From positions 1 through 64,000 of the forward strand of contig JBFJCP010000026.1 in NCBI GenBank assembly GCA_041615815.1: a stretch of 64,000 nt of DNA, in the 5' to 3' direction. Shown here piece after piece: positions 58,061 through 64,000 of this stretch (position 1 is the stretch's first letter; every line of letters starts with the position of its first letter). Position numbers and translations under genes: made by a program. The DNA comes from Gemmatimonadales bacterium. GTDB lineage: Bacteria; Gemmatimonadota; Gemmatimonadetes; Gemmatimonadales; GWC2-71-9. Under the pieces are notes generated by a model. It was given only the letters and a program-made list of their open reading frames with translations. It made no database searches and was not told the DNA's origin.

Positions 58061-58950
58061 GCCGGTCTCGGTTTCTCGATCCCGCAACGCTCGCCAGGAT
58101 CGACAATCTCGAGCTCCTGGCCAAGACCGTGGTGGACGGCTTCATCAGCGGTCTGCACCGCTCGCCGTATCTCGGCGTGTCCATCGACTTTGCCGAACAC
58201 CGAGCGTACATGCCCGGAGACGACATACGCTGGATTGATTGGCGCGTGTTTGGGCGAACCGATCGATTTTACGTGAAGCAGTTCGAGGCGGACACCAACG
58301 CGAACTTCAGCGTACTCCTCGACGTGTCGCGTTCCATGAGTTATCGGAGCGGCCCGGTAAGCAAGCTCGACTATGCGCGGTATCTGGCGGCGTGCCTCAC
58401 GTACTTCTCACGACAACAACGGGATCGCGTCGGCATCGTGACGTTCGATCGGGAGATCGTCTCCCACGTCCCACCCTCGGCGAGACACCTGGAGGTTGTG
58501 CTCCACACACTAGATCGCCTCGAGGTCGGCGGGGAGGGCGGCATCGAAGAGCCGCTACTCCGGATCGCCGAAGCCATGAGCCGCCGTGGCATTCTGGTCT
58601 TGGTGTCCGACCTCTACGAGGAGCCACAACGCGTCCTATCGGCGGTGAACCGACTGCGCCATCGCGGCAACGATGTCATCGTATTTCATGTCTTGGATCC
58701 CGCGGAGGTAGAGTTCCCGTTCGATGGCGCGCGGCATTTCGAGGACCTCGAGACCGGCGAACGCGTACCGGTGGTGACGGAGCAATTGAGGGAGCAGTAT
58801 CAGCGGTTGGTTGGTGAGCACATCGCAACCCTCTCCACGCTTCTTGGCCAAAATCGGATCGATTACACCCAGGTGAGCACGGTCACTCCGTTGGACTACG
58901 CGCTCTTCGACTACCTCAGCCGGCGCCAGCGTCTGAGTCGGGTGCGGTGA
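58057..58950 (+). CDS. DUF58 (vWA-like) protein
   Basis: FAEHRAYMPGDDIRWIDW, LLDVSRSM and LVSDL. Confidence 0.92.
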   Translation: MSRSRFLDPATLARIDNLELLAKTVVDGFISGLHRSPYLGVSIDFAEHRAYMPGDDIRWIDWRVFGRTDRFYVKQFEADTNANFSVLLDVSRSMSYRSGPVSKLDYARYLAACLTYFSRQQRDRVGIVTFDREIVSHVPPSARHLEVVLHTLDRLEVGGEGGIEEPLLRIAEAMSRRGILVLVSDLYEEPQRVLSAVNRLRHRGNDVIVFHVLDPAEVEFPFDGARHFEDLETGERVPVVTEQLREQYQRLVGEHIATLSTLLGQNRIDYTQVSTVTPLDYALFDYLSRRQRLSRVR

Positions 58951-61025
58951 TGCCGTTTTCGTTTCTCGCCCCGTTGTTCTTGGCAGGCCTGGCCGCCCTG
59001 GCGATTCCCATCGTCATCCATCTTACGGACCGCGAGCGGCACGACGTCGTCCGCTTCCCGTCGCTCATGTTCGTGGATCGAATCCCCCACAAGACGGTCC
59101 GGCGGCAACGAATCCGGCATTGGGTGCTGTTCCTGCTTCGGTGCGCGGCCATCGTGCTGTTGGTGATGGCGTTCGCACGTCCGTTGGTTGAAGGTGCCGG
59201 CGTGATGGGAGCGTTCACGGCGGGGCGCGAGGTCGTGATTCTGATCGACCGCTCGCACAGTATGGCTTACGGTGATCGATGGGACCGGGCGGTAGCGGCT
59301 GCGCGCGAGACGATCAATGGATTGGGCGACCAGGATCGCGGTGCGCTCATCGCGTTTTCCGATCGGGCCGAGGCCCTGAGCCAACCGAGCGGCGACCTCG
59401 CCGTTCTGCGCGCCCTCCTCGCCCCATTGGATCCTGAAGACGTGCCCACCCGATATGGCCCGGCCCTCCAACTTGCAGCCCAGATGATGGAGCAAGCGCA
59501 GCTCCCACGTCGCGAAGTGGTGCTGATCAGTGATTTCCAGCGCACGGGGTGGCGTCCGGATGACGCGCCACGGCTCCCCGCCGGTGTGACGGTCAAGGCC
59601 ATCAACGTGGCGGAACCGGGCGACGCCAACCTCGCGGTCACCGGCCTGACCATCGAGCGGACCGGTGGCTCCACTCGCGACCGAGTGGCCGTCTCGGCCC
59701 GGCTCGTCAATGCCGGGGGAAGCACCCGGGAGGCTACCGTGCAGCTTCAAGTCGACGGCCAGCAGGTGGAGACGCGGAAGGCGCAGTTGGATCCTCACGG
59801 TGCCACCACGCTCCATTTCGCCGCGGTCACCGTGCCGCGACGGGTGGCGTTGGGAAAGATCACCGCGGGCGAAGACCGGCTGGCGCGTGACAACCAATTC
59901 TTCTTCGTGGTCGCACCCTCCCAAGCGGTCCGCGTCGTCCTCATGCACCATCCCCGAGCCAGCGCCAGCGAGCGCGTGTACCTGGCCCGGGCCCTCGCGA
60001 TCGGGAGCGATCCCCCCTTCGAGGTCGTCCACCGAACGCCGAGTCAGCTGTCTGTCGAAGACCTCGAGGGACGACCCGCAGTCGTGCTCAATGACGTGAC
60101 GTGGCCCGGTGGGGCGGTGGGACGGCGTCTCGAGCGCTTCGTGGAGGAGGGCGGTCGCCTGCTGATCGTCCTCGGGCCCCGTGCCACCCCAGCCGGCTGG
60201 AACAATCAACGCGTGTTCCCGGGGGTGGCCAGCTCCTCGGTGGATCGGTGGAGCGACCGCGGCGGGAACCTCAGCATCGTCGCAGTTGGCCACCCGGTGT
60301 TCGAGGTGTTCCGGGCACCGCGGAGCGGGGACTTCTCGACGGCCCGGTTCTTTCGATATCGGCTCGTCGAGCCAACAGATTCCGCAACGGTGCTGGCGCG
60401 GTATGATGACGGGGGAGTGGCACTTTTCGAATCCCGGGTGGGCGCTGGGACGGTCCTGGTACTCTCGACGACGTTGGACAACCGCTGGAACGACCTGCCG
60501 ATTCAGCCGGTGTTCCTCCCGTTTGCCCATCAGTTGATGCAATACCTCGCCGGGTACGGGGCGTTGCGGCCATGGGTCACAGCGGGCCAGGTAGTGAACC
60601 TCGCAGACTATGTGGGTGGTGAAACGGCTGGGACGGCCACGGTTCTGGATGAGTTGGTGGTTGAAACGCCCTCCGGGGAGCGGATCTTGCGGCGGTTCGA
60701 GCAGGAAAGTCCGTACCTGGAGCTTCGCGAGCAGGGTTTGTACCGCGTGCGTCCGCTGGACGATCGATCCACCGCGCTGGCGACGATCGCAGCCAATCTC
60801 GATCCGGCGGAGACGGACTTGACGGTTGTCGATCCGGAGGAGGTCGTGGGTGCTGTGAGCACGGCCGGCAGCAGCGCGGACCAGGCATCCGCGGGTCTCG
60901 TGTTGACCCCGCAGGAGAGGGAACGTCGTCAGGGGCTCTGGTGGTATCTCCTCATAGGAGTGATCCTTCTGCTGCTGGCAGAGTTGACCCTCTCGAATCG
61001 AGCACGCCGGGCACCCCGGCGCTGA
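58950..61025 (+). CDS. BatA-N + vWA + CARDB-like membrane protein
   Basis: FLAPLFL..L....IPIVIHL (BatA double-TM), IDRSHSM and LISDFQ, plus a C-terminal TM. Confidence 0.88.
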   Translation: MPFSFLAPLFLAGLAALAIPIVIHLTDRERHDVVRFPSLMFVDRIPHKTVRRQRIRHWVLFLLRCAAIVLLVMAFARPLVEGAGVMGAFTAGREVVILIDRSHSMAYGDRWDRAVAAARETINGLGDQDRGALIAFSDRAEALSQPSGDLAVLRALLAPLDPEDVPTRYGPALQLAAQMMEQAQLPRREVVLISDFQRTGWRPDDAPRLPAGVTVKAINVAEPGDANLAVTGLTIERTGGSTRDRVAVSARLVNAGGSTREATVQLQVDGQQVETRKAQLDPHGATTLHFAAVTVPRRVALGKITAGEDRLARDNQFFFVVAPSQAVRVVLMHHPRASASERVYLARALAIGSDPPFEVVHRTPSQLSVEDLEGRPAVVLNDVTWPGGAVGRRLERFVEEGGRLLIVLGPRATPAGWNNQRVFPGVASSSVDRWSDRGGNLSIVAVGHPVFEVFRAPRSGDFSTARFFRYRLVEPTDSATVLARYDDGGVALFESRVGAGTVLVLSTTLDNRWNDLPIQPVFLPFAHQLMQYLAGYGALRPWVTAGQVVNLADYVGGETAGTATVLDELVVETPSGERILRRFEQESPYLELREQGLYRVRPLDDRSTALATIAANLDPAETDLTVVDPEEVVGAVSTAGSSADQASAGLVLTPQERERRQGLWWYLLIGVILLLLAELTLSNRARRAPRR

Positions 61026-61047
61026 CCCCGACCGAGGAGACGTCGAG

Positions 61048-64000
61048 ATGGCGTACCCCGCGAATCGAGACCAACTGCTCCGTATCGTGCAGAGCGTCCG
61101 CAGGCGCTGGCGCCTCAAGATCGTGTTTCGGGGGTTGGCCATCGCAATCGTGGGTGGTCTGATAGTCTTTGGAGTATCGGCGCTGGGGATCGATCGGTTC
61201 CACTTCAACCCAACGGCCGTCTTGGTGTTCCGCCTCGTGGCCTACCTGCTCGTAGCGGCATTGGTGGGTTGGTTCATGGTGCGCCCGCTGCTCCGGCGGG
61301 TCTCGGACGATCGAGTTGCGCTGTACGTCGAGGAACATGCGCCAGCACTCGACGGACGCATGCTCAGTGCGGTGGGATTCGCCGATACCGAGGAGCCCAC
61401 CGCGGAGCTGTCACCGGCCTTTGTGGAACGGCTCGTTACCAGCGCCATTGAAGAGTGCGCCACCATTGGGGACGGTCGAGACATCGACCGGCGGCCGCTG
61501 CTGCAATCGTCCGGCGTGTTGGCGGGGGCCACGCTCTTTGGGTTGGCGATGCTCTTCTTTGGGCCGGCCGCACTCCGGCTCGGCACCCGTACGCTGCTGA
61601 CGCCCTGGGAATCTGCGAGCGAGCGCAGTCCATATTCCATTGCCGTGGTGCCCGGCGACACGACGATCGCGAAAGGGTCGGATCTCCGTGTCACGGCGCG
61701 TCTCAACAATTTCGACGCAGGCCAAGTGGACCTTTCGGTCCGACGTGCGGGAGCTGCTGCTTGGGAGCGGTGGCCCATGACCGTGGACGACGAGTCGGGA
61801 GCGTTTGCCTTTCTGCTCTTCGACCTGGACGCGGTCACCGAGTACTACGTCGAAGCCGGGGGTGTCCGATCGTCGGTGTTTACGATCGACGTTGCCGAGC
61901 TTCCCCACGTTCAACAAATCGATCTCGAGTATCATTTCCCATCCTACACCGGCCTCCGCCCACAACGGGACGAGGATGGCGGTGACGTCGCGGCGCTCGA
62001 AGGCACGAGAGTGATCGTGGAGATCACACCCACAATTCCGACGTCATGGGGTGCGATCGTCGTAGACGAACGCGATACCCTTGCGTTGGAGGTTGGGGCG
62101 GCAGGGAAGCTGACGGGGGAGCTTCAGGTGCGACGAGACGGGTTCTATCGGATCTTGTTCCGAACGGCGACGAACAAGGTCGTGCCAGGCTCACCGGACT
62201 ACGTCATCGATGCGCTGCTCGATCAGCCACCCTCCGTGGTCATTGCCAATCCAGGTCGCGACCTGCGCGTCACCGCGATCGAGGAAGTATTCACGGAAGT
62301 CGAAGCCGAGGACGACTACGGTCTCCGGCGGGTCGAGCTCGTCGTTGCCATCAATGGCGGTCCAGAAAAGACGACCATGTTGTACGATGGTGGGCGCCGG
62401 CGCAACGTGACAGCCAGCCATACGTTCTTCCTGGAAGAGCTGGGTTTGGAGCCGGGTGATCTTGTGTCCTACTACGCCCGGGCTACCGACACCGATGGTG
62501 TGAGCGGCCCGCATCAAACGGTCACCGACATCTATTTCCTGAACGTCCGCCCCTTCGAGCAGGAGTATCGCCAGGCCGACCAGCAGGGTGGTGGTGGAGG
62601 GATGGGCGCGGGACTCAACAGTGCGCTCTCGGAGCGTCAACGACAGATCGTGGCTGCCACGTTCAACCTCATTCGCGATCGCGAAACATACGGCGAGAAG
62701 GAGTTTCGCGAGAATCTGGCAACACTCGCCTTGGCGCAGGGCCGACTTCGGGAGGAAGTGCAGACGCTGCTCCGTCGCATCCGGAACCGGGGTGTCATCT
62801 CGTTGGACTCCACATTTTCCGCGATCGCGGGCGCTCTCGAAGAAGCCGTTGGTGCCATGGAAGTTGCGGAAAACCAACTTGGTGAGCGAAAGCCGGAGAG
62901 TGCACTCCCACCAGAGCGGCAGGCGTTACAACAGCTGCAGCGGGCGGAAGCGGTCTTTCGTGAGGTGCAGATCTCACGCGGCGATGGTGGGGGAGGGGGC
63001 GGTGGTGCGTCGAGCGCCGAGGAGCTCGCCGACCTCTTCGAGCTTGAGCTGGACAAGCTGCGCAATCAATACGAGCAGGTGCAGCGGGGCGAACGCCAGC
63101 AGACGGATGCCCAGCTCGATGAGCTGATGGAGAAACTCCGCCAGCTTGCCAGACGCCAGCAACAGGAAAACGAGCGAATGCGGGCGCGGGCGGGCCAGCT
63201 CCAGCAGCAGGGGGGTGGGGGCGGGGGAGGGCAGCGACAGCTCGCCGAGGAGGCGGAGGAGCTGGCACGACGTCTCGAACGCCTGGCACGTGAACAGGCC
63301 ATGCCCGAGTTCGAAGAAACGGCACGAGAACTCCGACGCGCCGCCGAGGAGATGCGTCGAGCGGCAAGCAACGGGACGTCCGGTGCCAACCAGGGTCAAA
63401 CTGCGCTAGACCGTCTCCGGGAAGCGCGGCGGCTGCTGGACGAGAACCGCTCGGCGGGGCTCGAACGAGAGATCGGTGACGCGTTGCGTCGAGCGCAGCG
63501 CATGAGCGAGACCCAAGAACGGCTCACGGAAGATGTGGGACGTTTGGAGGCGCAAGATAGCGAAGCCCTCCGCCGGCTCCTGGAGCGCAAGGAACAGATG
63601 GCGGCCGAGGTGCGGGATCTGGAACGACAGCTCGACCGCCTCGGGCAGGAAACGCGGCGCGAGCAACCCGATGCCTCCCGGAAACTTCAGGAGGCGGCGA
63701 GCGGCATCCGAGACACCAAGCTACGTGAGAAAGTGCTGTACTCACGGGGGGTCGTGCAGGGCCGCTCGCGAGAGTACGCCCAGAATTTCGAGGAGCAGAT
63801 TCAGCAGGACCTCGACGCCCTTCGGGACCGCATCCAGGAAGCTCGCGACGCACTCGGTGAGTCACCGGAGCGGCGGTTGGCGCGCGGCTTGGATCGGACG
63901 CGCGACCTCGTCAATGCTCTGGAATCCCTCGATGCCAGGATTCGAGATAGGGGTGCAGAAGGAGAGCAGGGGCAACAAGGGCAACAGGGAGAACAAGAGC
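61048..64000 (+). CDS. Large DUF4175-like membrane protein with Ig-like domains and long coiled coils (runs off the window; absent from the ORF track)
   Basis: GAGGAG then ATG 61048, MAYPANRDQLLRIVQSVRRRWRLK..., 3 TM segments, YHFPSYTG, AEDDYG and PGDLVSYYARA. The frame ends GEQGQQGQQGEQE at the window edge. Confidence 0.85.
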   Translation, partial: MAYPANRDQLLRIVQSVRRRWRLKIVFRGLAIAIVGGLIVFGVSALGIDRFHFNPTAVLVFRLVAYLLVAALVGWFMVRPLLRRVSDDRVALYVEEHAPALDGRMLSAVGFADTEEPTAELSPAFVERLVTSAIEECATIGDGRDIDRRPLLQSSGVLAGATLFGLAMLFFGPAALRLGTRTLLTPWESASERSPYSIAVVPGDTTIAKGSDLRVTARLNNFDAGQVDLSVRRAGAAAWERWPMTVDDESGAFAFLLFDLDAVTEYYVEAGGVRSSVFTIDVAELPHVQQIDLEYHFPSYTGLRPQRDEDGGDVAALEGTRVIVEITPTIPTSWGAIVVDERDTLALEVGAAGKLTGELQVRRDGFYRILFRTATNKVVPGSPDYVIDALLDQPPSVVIANPGRDLRVTAIEEVFTEVEAEDDYGLRRVELVVAINGGPEKTTMLYDGGRRRNVTASHTFFLEELGLEPGDLVSYYARATDTDGVSGPHQTVTDIYFLNVRPFEQEYRQADQQGGGGGMGAGLNSALSERQRQIVAATFNLIRDRETYGEKEFRENLATLALAQGRLREEVQTLLRRIRNRGVISLDSTFSAIAGALEEAVGAMEVAENQLGERKPESALPPERQALQQLQRAEAVFREVQISRGDGGGGGGGASSAEELADLFELELDKLRNQYEQVQRGERQQTDAQLDELMEKLRQLARRQQQENERMRARAGQLQQQGGGGGGGQRQLAEEAEELARRLERLAREQAMPEFEETARELRRAAEEMRRAASNGTSGANQGQTALDRLREARRLLDENRSAGLEREIGDALRRAQRMSETQERLTEDVGRLEAQDSEALRRLLERKEQMAAEVRDLERQLDRLGQETRREQPDASRKLQEAASGIRDTKLREKVLYSRGVVQGRSREYAQNFEEQIQQDLDALRDRIQEARDALGESPERRLARGLDRTRDLVNALESLDARIRDRGAEGEQGQQGQQGEQE

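Noticed and set aside
1..64000. CRISPR array, rRNA, tRNA (including tRNA-Sec), transposase or integrase
   Set aside because: I saw no repeat-spacer periodicity or recognisable motifs by eye. tRNAscan-SE and Infernal would be needed to exclude RNA genes formally.

Overview
High-GC bacterial chromosomal window, about 45 densely packed CDSs. The protein content (three eukaryote-like Ser/Thr kinases, a CarboxypepD_reg+plug protein, many lipoprotein amidohydrolases) suggests Gemmatimonadota; this is an inference. I found no rRNA, tRNA, CRISPR array or transposase. Main observations: (1) Two genes that the ORF track splits at an in-frame TGA. Each TGA sits at a catalytic-Cys position and is followed by a bacterial-SECIS-like hairpin, so both are probable selenoproteins. 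One is an AhpD-like CxxU protein (8599-9180). The other is a signal-peptide-bearing, otherwise Cys-free TxxU peroxiredoxin (31197-31793) that converges on a CcdA/DsbD-beta + TlpA pair, suggesting an extracytoplasmic selenoperoxiredoxin pathway. (2) A nine-gene, >14 kb MoxR/vWA envelope operon (49501->64000) with two DUF4159 paralogues, a caspase-fold protein lacking the usual Cys, a TPR-zincin and a DUF4175-like coiled-coil protein. (3) A lyase-adenylation enzyme-ACP-GNAT acyl-transfer cassette (612-4490). (4) A breakpoint at the left edge joining a Cas3-like HD motif to a truncated acyl-CoA synthetase. All family calls come from motif recognition by eye, not from database searches.
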